A stretch of 64,000 nucleotides of DNA, from sequence record MN871449.1. One strand, 5' to 3'. Below, one piece after another: positions 25,562 through 36,213 of the stretch (its first letter is position 1; each line of letters begins with the position of its first letter). The position numbers and the translations under genes were made by a program. Below the pieces are notes generated by a model, which was not told where the DNA came from, searched no databases, and saw nothing but the letters and a program-made list of their open reading frames with translations.

Positions 25562-28468
25562 TTAGTTACTTACCGTATGGTTTTTAAACAGAAACTCAAT
25601 GTTTTCTTTCACGGCGTATTTACCGTCCTCGGTGTATTCAATCACCCGATCAATGGTAGGTTGAACCGATGCGTCAGAAAGCGTGAAGGTGGTCATCTCC
25701 GTCCCTTGTGCGTACATGTTGATATCAAAGCCGACTACGTTCTCATCGAGCTGTGGTTTCAACAACGTAACCAGTGTTGAGACAGAAACGGTTTCGTTTC
25801 GGATACCATCGTTCAGAATCTTCGCGGCCAACGTCTGCAACGCAGCCCGATAGTCCATATCACGATACGCCGTCCCAGTTAAATAGAACTTCACGGAAAA
25901 GGTCAGTGACGAGTCAATAACTTTCTCCACCCCATCATCAACGACAACCGAAATTGGACCGAAGCCGCGTTTCGGGTAGAGGTAGATATTGGTTTTCTCC
26001 AGGACTGCGTTTCCTAATTCCGCTAATTTCTCGAGTTGCGTATTAGCCAGATTATTTGCTGTCCATTTCAAATCTGTCAAATCCGTATCCTGAGAGACGT
26101 AGGCGTAGTTACCGTCAAAGATCAAGAGATCGATGAGACGAAGCACTGGTCTTGCGGATACGGGAACCGGATTACCGCCACTGTCTAAAACGGGGTCGCC
26201 TGCCTTATGTAAGACAATCGGGTTACCCGAACTATCCACTTTTTGATCCCCTGCTTTGTGAGCATAAGAGATCACTGGTTGACCATTTTCAATGACAAAG
26301 ACCGGGACACCGTTTGCATCGTATTCCGGGATGTCTGCGGTGTAATAATCGTAGACGTCACTTGCGTAGGTCTGATATACGTAAGAACCGGCTACGTTAC
26401 GCGCACCGTGCCAGAGTCGCTCTAACGCTGTACCGAATTTCAGCGTAACAAACTCTTGCGAGATCCCTTTCGTGTCGTCAGGGAGTAAAAACTCACCGAG
26501 CAATCCGTCGATCGCCGAATACTGATAACCGTCGTCAACATCACCGCTGACCGCATGTAATAACATAAACTCCGTTTCTAACGGCAATGCCAGTTTACGC
26601 GGTTCTTCCTCAAAGATACTGAAGTTGGTGATAATGAGATTGTTGTCGCTGTCCAGATCGAAGTTGGTTTTAAAGTCAAACGCCCAGACTGCCGTTTTCC
26701 CGGTAATCCCCATAAAGGTTCCGTTCAGATAAGCATAAGCGTTTTCCCCGGCAGGGATAAAGGCCAACTGAACATGACGATTACTTGCCTCGATGTTTAA
26801 GTAACTCTGTCCCACTGTGCAAGCAATGGTCAGTCGGTAGCCTGTCGTCGTACGGGTGATGTTGAAACCGGTTGTACTGACATCAATCAGCAGCGTGGCG
26901 TTGTCACGGATAAAACGGCGTTTGGTTTGTTCCGGGTTTTGCAGGTAATACGGTCGTAATGAGAACGCATTCGAACTCGTATCTAATACGTAATGGAACG
27001 GAGTAAACGCGTAGTTCGCTTGGTTGATTCCGTTGACAAACGTTTCCGGGGTTTTATACAGTACTTCCGGTCGCATGTTATTATCGACCAGTGATAACAC
27101 CCCGTTCGTTAACGAGAATAGCACTTCCGGCGATAACGTAATACGATCACCGTTATCGTAAACACCCTGGACTTTCGTTAACTTTTCAATGCTGGTTTGA
27201 AGCGTCGTCATCGCTGCGGGAATCCCTGCATTGAGAATTGATTCCGGTGCAGTAGGCATATTCGTGGTCGCCAGATAAAGACGATCAACAATATCATCTC
27301 TGGATTTGACAATATCAAACCCTAATAGATTCAAGCGCGCAGAAATTTGTGCCGGGGTAATAGGGGTATTATCCACACTATTGGAAACGTTAAAAATACT
27401 TCTTTCACGAAGTTCCTCAAACGTCAAACCGTCTGATCCCCCAGTGATCGCTTCTGTTGACGTCCACGCATAAGGGAGGTTAGGGATACTCGATGAGTAG
27501 TTGTCGAGATCGGGAATCTCGGCGTCTTTCCCCCAGGTGATCTGAAACTTCTCGGTTGCGAAGTTGGTCAGGTCTTCGTAGATCTCGCCTTGCGTAGTAT
27601 AAACGTCGATGCGAAGGTTACCAGAGACTAAGCCCGCTGTGTAATAGATAGGCGGAATCGTAACGTTAAGAACCCCGTCGCCTACTTGCAATACCGCCGT
27701 GGGAGACGATGCGTCGTAAACCTGAAGAGAGTGCGTAGTGCCGAGTTCTTTCCAATTTCCGCTTGTTCCCTGGAAAACACGGGCGTAGTAATATTTGTCA
27801 GTGAACGGTACCGCGAAACGAGAGTTACCGTCGGAGATCTGTTCGATGATACTGTTCCTGGCCAACTGGAACATGGGGATCTCAATTTGCAAATAAGTTG
27901 CTTGATCGCCCGTGGCGTCTTTTAAGAACTGCCAGTTCAGAACGTTATCAGTCAAAGTTTGAATCGGACTGGTCTCGTCGGTGTTGAACACCACCTGTAA
28001 ACCGTCATGCGGGAGCTGTCGAATCTCAATCGGGTAGAGAAGCGTTAACGGATAATCACCGCCTGGTCTGACTTCGGTGTAACGCGGAATCACCACGCGT
28101 TTCAGGTTGGTGTCAGGAACCTCAATCATGCTGGCGATAATGTCATCGTAGCTCACAGTGTAGCGCATGGTGACTTTCCCCGGTGAACTAAAACGGCCGA
28201 GGTAATCAACGTCAGAAAGATGGCCATAAAGGTCCATGTAGTTCTGCGCAAGTAAACGATAATGGCGACGGTCTAACGCAAAGTTTTCTTGGATATGATA
28301 AGCCGCCATCGAACTGCTCGCTTCGAGCAAGTGAATGGCGGGCGCATTTACATCCACTAACGAGTCACCGTTCAATTTGCTCGTCAGGAATTCGATCCCT
28401 ACACGCTGAAAGGATTCCGGGTTAATCGGTGCGCGCGCTAACGCCGCACTAACGTCGTAATCAGACAT
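25562..28468 (-). CDS. Baseplate wedge-type structural protein (phiKZ gp87-like)
   Basis: 968 aa; GGSDGLTFEELRERSIF resembles the Baseplate-J/T4 gp6 'GG.d.Es.e.lR.R' motif. Confidence 0.75.
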   Translation of the reverse strand: MSDYDVSAALARAPINPESFQRVGIEFLTSKLNGDSLVDVNAPAIHLLEASSSMAAYHIQENFALDRRHYRLLAQNYMDLYGHLSDVDYLGRFSSPGKVTMRYTVSYDDIIASMIEVPDTNLKRVVIPRYTEVRPGGDYPLTLLYPIEIRQLPHDGLQVVFNTDETSPIQTLTDNVLNWQFLKDATGDQATYLQIEIPMFQLARNSIIEQISDGNSRFAVPFTDKYYYARVFQGTSGNWKELGTTHSLQVYDASSPTAVLQVGDGVLNVTIPPIYYTAGLVSGNLRIDVYTTQGEIYEDLTNFATEKFQITWGKDAEIPDLDNYSSSIPNLPYAWTSTEAITGGSDGLTFEELRERSIFNVSNSVDNTPITPAQISARLNLLGFDIVKSRDDIVDRLYLATTNMPTAPESILNAGIPAAMTTLQTSIEKLTKVQGVYDNGDRITLSPEVLFSLTNGVLSLVDNNMRPEVLYKTPETFVNGINQANYAFTPFHYVLDTSSNAFSLRPYYLQNPEQTKRRFIRDNATLLIDVSTTGFNITRTTTGYRLTIACTVGQSYLNIEASNRHVQLAFIPAGENAYAYLNGTFMGITGKTAVWAFDFKTNFDLDSDNNLIITNFSIFEEEPRKLALPLETEFMLLHAVSGDVDDGYQYSAIDGLLGEFLLPDDTKGISQEFVTLKFGTALERLWHGARNVAGSYVYQTYASDVYDYYTADIPEYDANGVPVFVIENGQPVISYAHKAGDQKVDSSGNPIVLHKAGDPVLDSGGNPVPVSARPVLRLIDLLIFDGNYAYVSQDTDLTDLKWTANNLANTQLEKLAELGNAVLEKTNIYLYPKRGFGPISVVVDDGVEKVIDSSLTFSVKFYLTGTAYRDMDYRAALQTLAAKILNDGIRNETVSVSTLVTLLKPQLDENVVGFDINMYAQGTEMTTFTLSDASVQPTIDRVIEYTEDGKYAVKENIEFLFKNHTVSN

Positions 28469-29643
28469 TAATTGTCTCCTGATTTCGTGAGGTCAAGGGT
28501 ATCCCAAACATTAGACTGATAACCGGTATAAGTGTCATCGGTGTCGTTAGGGAGTGCGTTATAGTCGTAGTTAGGAACAGCGTAATTGTTCGCCATGATT
28601 AAGTCATAAATCGGTTTCTCGATAAACCAGCAGAGTTCTCGAGTATATGGATGAATGAGAGGGTAGCAATAATAGTTCAGGTACTCTCGTTGATCGGGAG
28701 TGACACGGTAATAGTTGTTACTCTTCACCGCGATATTACTTTTGTTTAAACTGGTTTCATTGATGATACGCAGATCCGGGTTAAACATGGCCACGACTTT
28801 ATTAAATTGACGAATCAATAACGGGTCGTCATAAATCGCACCGTAAGCGTCAAACTGAATGGAAATCAGATCCGTACTGCGGTCGTAGTTATCGTCCGCG
28901 TCAAAGTTCATGACACCACCACGTGGGTTAGTGATAGGGAACGCGTAACCGGTGGCCCCAATCTGCTGAACAAAGCGGCGACCAGGGTCCAATATCAGAC
29001 GATAAATACGCGTGGTGTAATCCATTCGATTACGGTAAATATTTCGGCTCCACGGCTTCATCTTTTTGGTGCGGATATTTTCCATATAGCGTTCCCAGAC
29101 ATCGAAGAGTCTGAGAACCGGGGAACCGTCAACGTTAGCGAATGAAGCTGTCAATTGATAGTTACCACGGATGTTGTAATAACCGTCCGCCATCCCCCAT
29201 TGTTCACCGGCAATCCCTTCATTACTGGTGTATTTACCAATGGCGTTGTCAGGGAAACCTGAAACGCTTTTTAAGGTATTCGTTAAAACGCACATGAAAG
29301 GGTTACGCGGATTGACCAGCTTACAACTGTAATCAAAGTTAGGATCACTTGAGCCCACGGGGTCGAGAATCGCACGAATCGCACGAGGATACGTGATCTC
29401 GTCAGTGGAAATCAAATCGGTCAGCGTCCTATCTTGTGTAACGTTGTCCCTGTGTAAGTTCAGGTCTGGACGAGTAAAAAATGTGAGACCTACCTGATCT
29501 CGTTGCGCCGGAACGACCTGTCCTCTTGCTCGATAATTTAACCCGAACAACATTTCATAGGCCGCAGCACGACGAGAACCCAGACCACCCGCACGAAAAA
29601 CGAGGTCCAGGTTGTCTTGCATGATTTGGTTATATGAAGCCAT
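28468..29643 (-). CDS. Baseplate/tail-tube-related structural protein (phiKZ gp88-like)
   Basis: GLTFFTRPDLNL motif; coupled to the wedge gene. Confidence 0.65.
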   Translation of the reverse strand: MASYNQIMQDNLDLVFRAGGLGSRRAAAYEMLFGLNYRARGQVVPAQRDQVGLTFFTRPDLNLHRDNVTQDRTLTDLISTDEITYPRAIRAILDPVGSSDPNFDYSCKLVNPRNPFMCVLTNTLKSVSGFPDNAIGKYTSNEGIAGEQWGMADGYYNIRGNYQLTASFANVDGSPVLRLFDVWERYMENIRTKKMKPWSRNIYRNRMDYTTRIYRLILDPGRRFVQQIGATGYAFPITNPRGGVMNFDADDNYDRSTDLISIQFDAYGAIYDDPLLIRQFNKVVAMFNPDLRIINETSLNKSNIAVKSNNYYRVTPDQREYLNYYCYPLIHPYTRELCWFIEKPIYDLIMANNYAVPNYDYNALPNDTDDTYTGYQSNVWDTLDLTKSGDN

Positions 29644-29678
29644 TACTCCACTCCTTTATTTAACACAGAGGAAACTAG

Positions 29679-30920
29679 ATGAAACTGTCAGTAGAAAGTA
29701 TTGCCATTCCTACTATGAATGCAGTGATGAATGCAGTGAGTAGTAACTGGAAGGCAGAAGCCAAAAATAACCGAGCCAGTGATGTTTTTTCTGATTCACT
29801 CATTGAATACACTCAGCCGACCCGTATTGAGCCGCTCACGTTAGTAGAGCAAAATCTCTGGCGTGAACCGTATATGGAAGATCTGATGCAGACCCTGCTC
29901 AACATCTTCTCTGGGTATTACATGCAGGCTGTCGCCCTTGCTGCCGAAATCAAAGGGATCTCGGTAACCAAACGTTTAGAACGTTTTAATCCGAAACGTG
30001 ATCCGTTGAACAACCTTGCTGACGCCGTCATCGGTGCTGTCGCGCTTGAGGACGGTACCAAGTTTGGTTTGCCGTCTTTAGAGAACATGAATGTCTTGGC
30101 TAAGGCCAATCAAGTCGGGGCCATTAACTGGTCGGTTCATAGTACCGAGGCAATGCGCGTCGGTCACAACCCTAATCCGATGAGTAATGAGGGTATCGAC
30201 GAACAAAACGATAAACCAGCCCGCGGCGCTAAACCTATTTCCGCTGAACTGGTGTCGAAAGAAACTCTCCAGGCGTTACGTGACAACAGTAACCTGGCAG
30301 TGGGTAAAATGCTCGAAGTCACTGTGGCAGTTGACGAGAGCCAAATAAAAGTTCCGGTCAACGTTCGTCTGCAGACTGTCCCGGTCCCCACGCGCAGCAT
30401 GACTCTCTTCCTGACCGCTGGCGCCCAGAACCGCAGCCTCAAAGAACGCTGGTACGAATTCAAAGCGGATAAACTGACTTTCTTCGCTGACCTGATTGGC
30501 GTCCGCGATCTGTTAGACGAGCACCGTAAAAACATCATTAAAGATGAAACCGGTCTTTACCTGAAACAGATTCAGCAGAAGCGTAAGAACACCATGGCTG
30601 GTCTGATCTCCGGTCGTCCGTCCGTTGCCTCCGCTTCAAACATCGTGGTCATCACAGAGGAACAGCGCGTAATCCTGGAACGCGAACTGAACATTAAACT
30701 CTCCACTTTAGCAGGTCGCCGTACGCTCGAACGTAACTCCGGTATTATGTTATTGGTCGTCGTTGATCGGAGTTTCGAACAAGTTGAAATCTTCCACCGC
30801 GGGATTGAAGGGTCTACTGAGCTGTCAATCAACGCCATGAAAAATGCCTCGAAGAATACCGGGCCAGACGTCATGAAGATTTTCGAGATGTACAAATCAA
30901 TGAAAGCGCCTACTTTCTAA
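29679..30920 (+). CDS. Inner-body/head protein (phiKZ gp89-like)
   Basis: YT...R.EP..LVE motif; ALE/SLE/STE/SNE protease-type sites; synteny. Confidence 0.7.
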   Translation: MKLSVESIAIPTMNAVMNAVSSNWKAEAKNNRASDVFSDSLIEYTQPTRIEPLTLVEQNLWREPYMEDLMQTLLNIFSGYYMQAVALAAEIKGISVTKRLERFNPKRDPLNNLADAVIGAVALEDGTKFGLPSLENMNVLAKANQVGAINWSVHSTEAMRVGHNPNPMSNEGIDEQNDKPARGAKPISAELVSKETLQALRDNSNLAVGKMLEVTVAVDESQIKVPVNVRLQTVPVPTRSMTLFLTAGAQNRSLKERWYEFKADKLTFFADLIGVRDLLDEHRKNIIKDETGLYLKQIQQKRKNTMAGLISGRPSVASASNIVVITEEQRVILERELNIKLSTLAGRRTLERNSGIMLLVVVDRSFEQVEIFHRGIEGSTELSINAMKNASKNTGPDVMKIFEMYKSMKAPTF

Positions 30921-30934
30921 GGGAGAGCAAAATC

Positions 30935-31840
30935 ATGTTGAAAGATTTTTTCAGATCACTGGTCCCTAACTTCGAGCGCTCGCGCATTATCGAAGAATAT
31001 GAGCTGGCCAGAAAGAGCCTTATTGAAGAAACCCTGCCGCCGTATAAAACAGCCGCAGAGAACAAACTCTTCATCGGGAACAACCCGTTTAAATCACCAG
31101 CGATCAAACGTATCAACGCTTTGTACGTTCGTGAAACGGGCGCGCGTTCTAATTTCGTGAATTCACTGGCGATGGTTATCAGTAACCTGGCTGAGGGGAT
31201 GCCGAATTTAGAGGCCGCTTTAGATTCGTCGTTTAAAACCGAAGCCATTATGAAAAATGGTCTGACGTACAACAAAATCTCATTGATGCGCGTTGTCAGT
31301 CTGATCAATTTCTTCAGTCTCTACTCGCGCCGGGTGTTACTGTACACTTACGGTAAAGAGATTCCGGAGCTGGGTAAAGATTATGGTGCTACGGTTGAAC
31401 CGTTTACCAAAGGCGAAGTGAAATGGCTCGAAGATCACCTAGTGAACTTCTGCCGTTGTGCGAAAGTCTTTGCGCAACCTATGCGTCAGGTTCTGAACAC
31501 CCTTGAGTCTGTGCCTGATATCGTTTACGATCCGGGTAAAGAAGACGACGTGAATGCGATGGTTGGGAAACAGAAAGTCGACCCGCTGCGTATGGGATTC
31601 GTCCCTGTTGTCTCTGACATCATCTGGTTCATCGGTTCCCATTACGTTGAGTACCAGGCCGAGAGCTTCAAACGTGCCAAAGAAGAACGTCGTGCGCTGG
31701 AACTTCGTCTGGCACAGATGATGGCAGCAAAACAAGGTCAAGGCGACGCTGCACAGGATAAAGTCATTGAAGTCACCGAACAACGGCTCCGTGACCTTAA
31801 CTATAAGATTTCCAAATGGGAACGCGAATACGGAGTGTAA
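30935..31840 (+). CDS. Inner-body/head protein (phiKZ gp90-like)
   Basis: Optimised codons, C-terminal coiled coil (ELRLAQM...), synteny. Confidence 0.7.
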   Translation: MLKDFFRSLVPNFERSRIIEEYELARKSLIEETLPPYKTAAENKLFIGNNPFKSPAIKRINALYVRETGARSNFVNSLAMVISNLAEGMPNLEAALDSSFKTEAIMKNGLTYNKISLMRVVSLINFFSLYSRRVLLYTYGKEIPELGKDYGATVEPFTKGEVKWLEDHLVNFCRCAKVFAQPMRQVLNTLESVPDIVYDPGKEDDVNAMVGKQKVDPLRMGFVPVVSDIIWFIGSHYVEYQAESFKRAKEERRALELRLAQMMAAKQGQGDAAQDKVIEVTEQRLRDLNYKISKWEREYGV

Positions 31841-31845
31841 GTACG

Positions 31846-32373
31846 ATGAACATTCAGTCTTACCAATTCAGTCCGATTGGCTTCCGCTCCCCCCTCTATG
31901 AGGGGGGTAAAACCGAACCGGAGCCGGATGACCTGATTACTACCGCATGGGAAAAGTTGACGACTGATCCGAAAGGTGAGGCCAACTCCTGGGAGTTTCG
32001 CCGTAAGGTCATTAACCGCGCGATGGATCTGTTCCGTTTCTTCCCTGAGTGGTTACAGGCGCAAGAAGAAAACCCAAAACTCACGCCCCATATGCGCGCC
32101 TTTTTAGAGGATACACTTTCCTTTATTAATACAGGCCGGCGCCGGATGGCAATCGTCTCTCGCGCCTACTGCCTACAGGCAGAACGAGAGTTACCGAACA
32201 AACCAAAATACCGCCGTGGTCGTTCAACGCCAAAACTTAAAATGATGTTGAATATCGACGGCAAAGATTATATGTATCATTGGTTGAAGCACGATAACGG
32301 CTTTGAAGACCTCTTGGCGACCGTCAACGTCATCTTCGGCGAAATAAGTCACGTCGCCGGTAGTAGCCGGTAA
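31846..32373 (+). CDS. Structural protein (phiKZ gp91-like position)
   Basis: GGAG RBS before ATG 31846; synteny. Confidence 0.6.
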   Translation: MNIQSYQFSPIGFRSPLYEGGKTEPEPDDLITTAWEKLTTDPKGEANSWEFRRKVINRAMDLFRFFPEWLQAQEENPKLTPHMRAFLEDTLSFINTGRRRMAIVSRAYCLQAERELPNKPKYRRGRSTPKLKMMLNIDGKDYMYHWLKHDNGFEDLLATVNVIFGEISHVAGSSR

Positions 32374-32398
32374 ACCCCCTCTCCAGGAGAATTTGTAA

Positions 32399-34657
32399 AT
32401 GAAATTATCTTACACTCAACGTGTTCTTTCACGTAAAGCAAGCCCAGCGCTTGAGAATGAGAACACGGAAGAAGTCGTCGATCAAGCAGTTATCGATGCC
32501 CAGCCGTCTGAAGATATTCCGGTATCCGATGACGTCGCCGTTGATGAAACGGTTGTTAGCGAAGACCCTGCCGAAGAAGTTGTGGAAGAAACCACCGTAG
32601 AAGAGCCAGTAGCGACTGATGTCCCGGTAGACGGTATTGAGCCGATCGAACCCCCGCAGGTGGTTCCGGTAACTGACTCAGGCGAAGCCACAGTTGATCA
32701 GGTTGAAGCCATCGCCGCAGGTGACCCAGAAGCAGCTGCTGAAGTTGTTGCAGAAGTCGACAACGCAGAAGGCGGTGACACCACTGCTGAAGAAGTGATC
32801 GAGGAAGCAGAAGAAGTCGAAGCGGAAGCACCGGCGGAAACCGACGAAGTCGATGTCACCCCAGAAGCCACCGAAGAACTGACCGAAACCGAAGAAGCGC
32901 CAGTTGACGTTGCTGACGTCACCCCAGAAGGCGAAGTCCCTTCAAGTGACGAAGTGGTTGGCGATACCGAAGAAGTTGTGGAAGAAGTTTCCTCTGAAGA
33001 TTGCGCGTGTGAATCTGACGGCATTAATCCGCCGAATGAAGGCGGTACCGGTGCGGGTGAACAGCATCTCCCGTCTGAACAGGTTGCAGTCGACGAAGGT
33101 AAAGGCGAAGAAGTTAAACCCGTCCAGGAAAAACCGGTAGACGAAGGCACCGGTGAATCCGATATCGAAGTCGACCAGGAAAAACCTGCCGCAGAAGGTC
33201 AGGGTGAAGAAACTCTGCCGTGCGAAAGTGAAGTGGTGGACGAAGGTAAAGGCGAAAACACGCACGATGGCGAAATTGTTTCCGCTGAAAGTGCTGAGGT
33301 TGTGGAAGAGCAGGTTGTTGATGCGCCGTCTGAAAACACCCCGGAAGAAGTTGCCGCTGTTGTGGAAGGCGAAGTCCCGGTAGTCGAAGAAGTCGTCACC
33401 GAGACTCCAGAAGCAGAGGCACCGGCAGCAGAAGCGCCAGCAGAAGGTGTTGTCGAAGCGGTTGCGGAAGAACCCGTTGATCTGTCACCGGAATCTGACG
33501 ACGGCGACCTGGTGATTGAAGATTTCACCACCGGCACCGAAGATGAAGAAAGTATCCTGACCGAAGCGCTGGACACCTATCCTCAGGTGGTTGACGTCCT
33601 GGAAAAATCCCTCGACGGTAAGGGTGTTTCTGTTGAAGCCATGATGATTCTGAACATCTTCATGAAACGCGACGGTAACCCGCTGCAGTCTGATGTCTCC
33701 CTGGAGAACTACAACTTCACTTCTCGTACCCAGACTCGCTTAGCGGTTGAGTCGATTCAAGAAGACATGAAAGTGTGGTTCGAACGTATTATCGCGTTCA
33801 TCAAAGACAAAATGGCCAAAGGGAAAGAATTCATCCGTTCCGCCTTTAGCCGGACTGACATCCTGATTCGTAAGGCAGAAGCGCTGAAAGGTCTCGACCA
33901 GGGTAAAACACCGAACGGGTCTGTTTCAGGCGAGTTCCTTTCTCAGTTAACTACCGGCGGGAAAGTCGACGGTAACTTCGCTAAAGCGTTCAATGAGTTC
34001 AAAAACAAATCAACCGGGATGATCGATACCGTAGGGTTTGTTATTGACGCATCGAACGAAATCCACAAAGCAGTTCGTCAGAACGTTCTTGATAAAGTCA
34101 TGAACGGTGAAGACTACAGTGGTAATGGCGGTACACGCGAAGTCCTGAGCTCTCTTTACGAGAAATACAGCAACGTACTTAAACGCGGACCGTTTGATGT
34201 CGATGGCGAAGGGTTTAAATACAGCGCTAATCTGTTAGGCGGTAACGTGTTTACTGTCATCGTCACCGGTCACGAGTGGGCGAAAGAACCTGCTTTCCGT
34301 GTCGCCACTGAAAGTAGTGAAGTCAAAGAAGCGCCCGCGCTTTCTGTGGCTGATATCAACGCCGTTGCCGAGAGCGCTATTGAGATTCTGAAGAAAATCA
34401 AAAACTCTTCTCTGGCAGACGATATCAGCAAAACTGAGAGTGCGCTGCTCCCCGACCTCGATCGTTTACTGAAACTGTCGAACAACGTTGAAGGGACCGG
34501 TGAAAACGTTAAACAGGAAATCACTGCGCTGCGCGCATATTTCCAAAACACCGTTAGTTTCTTGAACGCGTTCAGTTCTAGTACGGTCTCTCTGTCTATT
34601 CGTACAGTGAATGCAGCACTGAATTATGCTGTAGCCTCAGCGAAAACCGCTGCGTAA
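32399..34657 (+). CDS. Major internal head (ejection) protein with a very long acidic propeptide
   Basis: ~380 aa Glu/Val/Pro-rich N-terminus, then SLE/AVE sites and 'ESIQEDMKVWFERIIAFIKD' (SPN3US gp53/phiKZ gp93-family-like). Confidence 0.75.
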   Translation: MKLSYTQRVLSRKASPALENENTEEVVDQAVIDAQPSEDIPVSDDVAVDETVVSEDPAEEVVEETTVEEPVATDVPVDGIEPIEPPQVVPVTDSGEATVDQVEAIAAGDPEAAAEVVAEVDNAEGGDTTAEEVIEEAEEVEAEAPAETDEVDVTPEATEELTETEEAPVDVADVTPEGEVPSSDEVVGDTEEVVEEVSSEDCACESDGINPPNEGGTGAGEQHLPSEQVAVDEGKGEEVKPVQEKPVDEGTGESDIEVDQEKPAAEGQGEETLPCESEVVDEGKGENTHDGEIVSAESAEVVEEQVVDAPSENTPEEVAAVVEGEVPVVEEVVTETPEAEAPAAEAPAEGVVEAVAEEPVDLSPESDDGDLVIEDFTTGTEDEESILTEALDTYPQVVDVLEKSLDGKGVSVEAMMILNIFMKRDGNPLQSDVSLENYNFTSRTQTRLAVESIQEDMKVWFERIIAFIKDKMAKGKEFIRSAFSRTDILIRKAEALKGLDQGKTPNGSVSGEFLSQLTTGGKVDGNFAKAFNEFKNKSTGMIDTVGFVIDASNEIHKAVRQNVLDKVMNGEDYSGNGGTREVLSSLYEKYSNVLKRGPFDVDGEGFKYSANLLGGNVFTVIVTGHEWAKEPAFRVATESSEVKEAPALSVADINAVAESAIEILKKIKNSSLADDISKTESALLPDLDRLLKLSNNVEGTGENVKQEITALRAYFQNTVSFLNAFSSSTVSLSIRTVNAALNYAVASAKTAA

Positions 34658-34756
34658 TTAAACATGCATACTTCCAAACCTACCGTCCCTGGTGGACGGT
34701 AGGTTTGTATGACTTTTCTTCCTAACACGCCTTCTCCCGGGAAAGGAATACTTAAA

Positions 34757-36196
34757 ATGACCAAGATTAAAAACGTCCTCGCACGACGTCCACAAGTCTC
34801 GATTGAGTCCGCCGTTGTAGAACCAGAAAAACAATCCGTCGAATCGTTCGACGAACGTCCCATCGGCTTCGACTCCAATGAAAGCGAATTACCCGACGAA
34901 ATTGATAACGCTCTTGATCCGGTAGATGCCGACATCATGGGTTTGACGTCTTTGACTGAAACCACGAATAAATACCAAGCGGTTTACGACGCCATCGCGC
35001 CAGAGATCAATGCAGGGCAATCTCTCTCTACAGAAGCCGCCGTGATTCTGAATATTTTCTCGAACAGCATGGGTATCCAAACTGCCCGTGCCTTTGTCGC
35101 CAATGAGTCTGCGTCGCATATCACGCCGTATGAATCGAAAGTTGCACTGGAAGGGATTAAAGAAGTCCTTCGTGAATGGTGGCAGAAATTCTCCGCCTTT
35201 TTGAAAGAAGCCCGCAGTCGGTTCGGTCACTGGCTTGAAAACGCCTTTAACGGCGCTGAACAACTTAAGAGTTTAGCTGAACAACTCAAAGAAGAAGTCA
35301 CCCACGCCAGGCCCGGCTCTGGTGACATTGAATTCTCGGAGAAAGGTAAACTACTCATCGAGGGTAACTGGCCTAATGTTCCGAATGAAATGATGCGTCT
35401 GGGTCGTATCTCCGATATGGTATTGAACAATGTCATCGAAGATACCTACAGCAACGCACAGGCGGTAGCAAGCGCAATTGGTAGCTACCAGCCGGGCGGC
35501 GAAGCTTCGTTCAATCAATTGTTTAAAACGCTCGCCGAAAACGTAAAACATCCGTCCGAAGCGATTGCAGGTGAACTCACCATTCGTTTACCAGGCGATG
35601 CTAATGAAGTGTTACTCAAAGGCGACGATTCTGTTAATGCCGTCGTTGAAGCGTCCGAACCTTTCTTAGGTAACGCGCGATTAGCGGCAGTTGTGGTCAC
35701 CGTTAACCCGACAGAAAATCCGATCGAAGGAATCAGAGCGCTGGAAAAGGCGTATAAGTTCTCCAAGGTTATAGTAGTTGATCTGTCGGCAGAGAATAAA
35801 CTTTGGAACTCACGTAACCACCAGGTTGAGGACAAAGAAGTCTCACGCTGTTCCCCGACAGACGCCGCGAAGATCGCAGATGGTGCCTTGGCGGTAGCGA
35901 ACGCGATGTTAAAACTGAAGAACTCGGGAAGTAAGAAGTCCCAAGTCGATCGCGCTGTTGATCAGGCTGGCCAGAACATCGCTAACATGAACATTAACGA
36001 AACCAGCGAAGGCGGCGGCAGCATTTCCTCAGCGTTACGCTCCATCGTTTCTACCGTTGCAAGTATGCCATCCTCAGTGACCAGTAGCCTAGTGAGTTTC
36101 TTCGGCTCCACTTCGCGTGCTGCGTTGAAATACGCTAAAGCTTCCCTTGAAGGCGAGAAGCAAGACGAAAACGAAAATAGCCAGAAACCAAATTAA
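34757..36196 (+). CDS. Internal head (ejection) protein paralog
   Basis: AAGGAA RBS before ATG 34757; SIE/SVE/STE/ALE sites then 'EGIKEVLREWWQKFSAFLKE'. Confidence 0.75.
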   Translation: MTKIKNVLARRPQVSIESAVVEPEKQSVESFDERPIGFDSNESELPDEIDNALDPVDADIMGLTSLTETTNKYQAVYDAIAPEINAGQSLSTEAAVILNIFSNSMGIQTARAFVANESASHITPYESKVALEGIKEVLREWWQKFSAFLKEARSRFGHWLENAFNGAEQLKSLAEQLKEEVTHARPGSGDIEFSEKGKLLIEGNWPNVPNEMMRLGRISDMVLNNVIEDTYSNAQAVASAIGSYQPGGEASFNQLFKTLAENVKHPSEAIAGELTIRLPGDANEVLLKGDDSVNAVVEASEPFLGNARLAAVVVTVNPTENPIEGIRALEKAYKFSKVIVVDLSAENKLWNSRNHQVEDKEVSRCSPTDAAKIADGALAVANAMLKLKNSGSKKSQVDRAVDQAGQNIANMNINETSEGGGSISSALRSIVSTVASMPSSVTSSLVSFFGSTSRAALKYAKASLEGEKQDENENSQKPN

Positions 36197-36213
36197 TTCT
36201 TAAGGTAGAAAAA

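Noticed and set aside
32482-33576. Multiple Ser/Thr-rich antisense and alternate-frame ORFs
   Set aside because: Shadows of the low-complexity acidic coding sequence.
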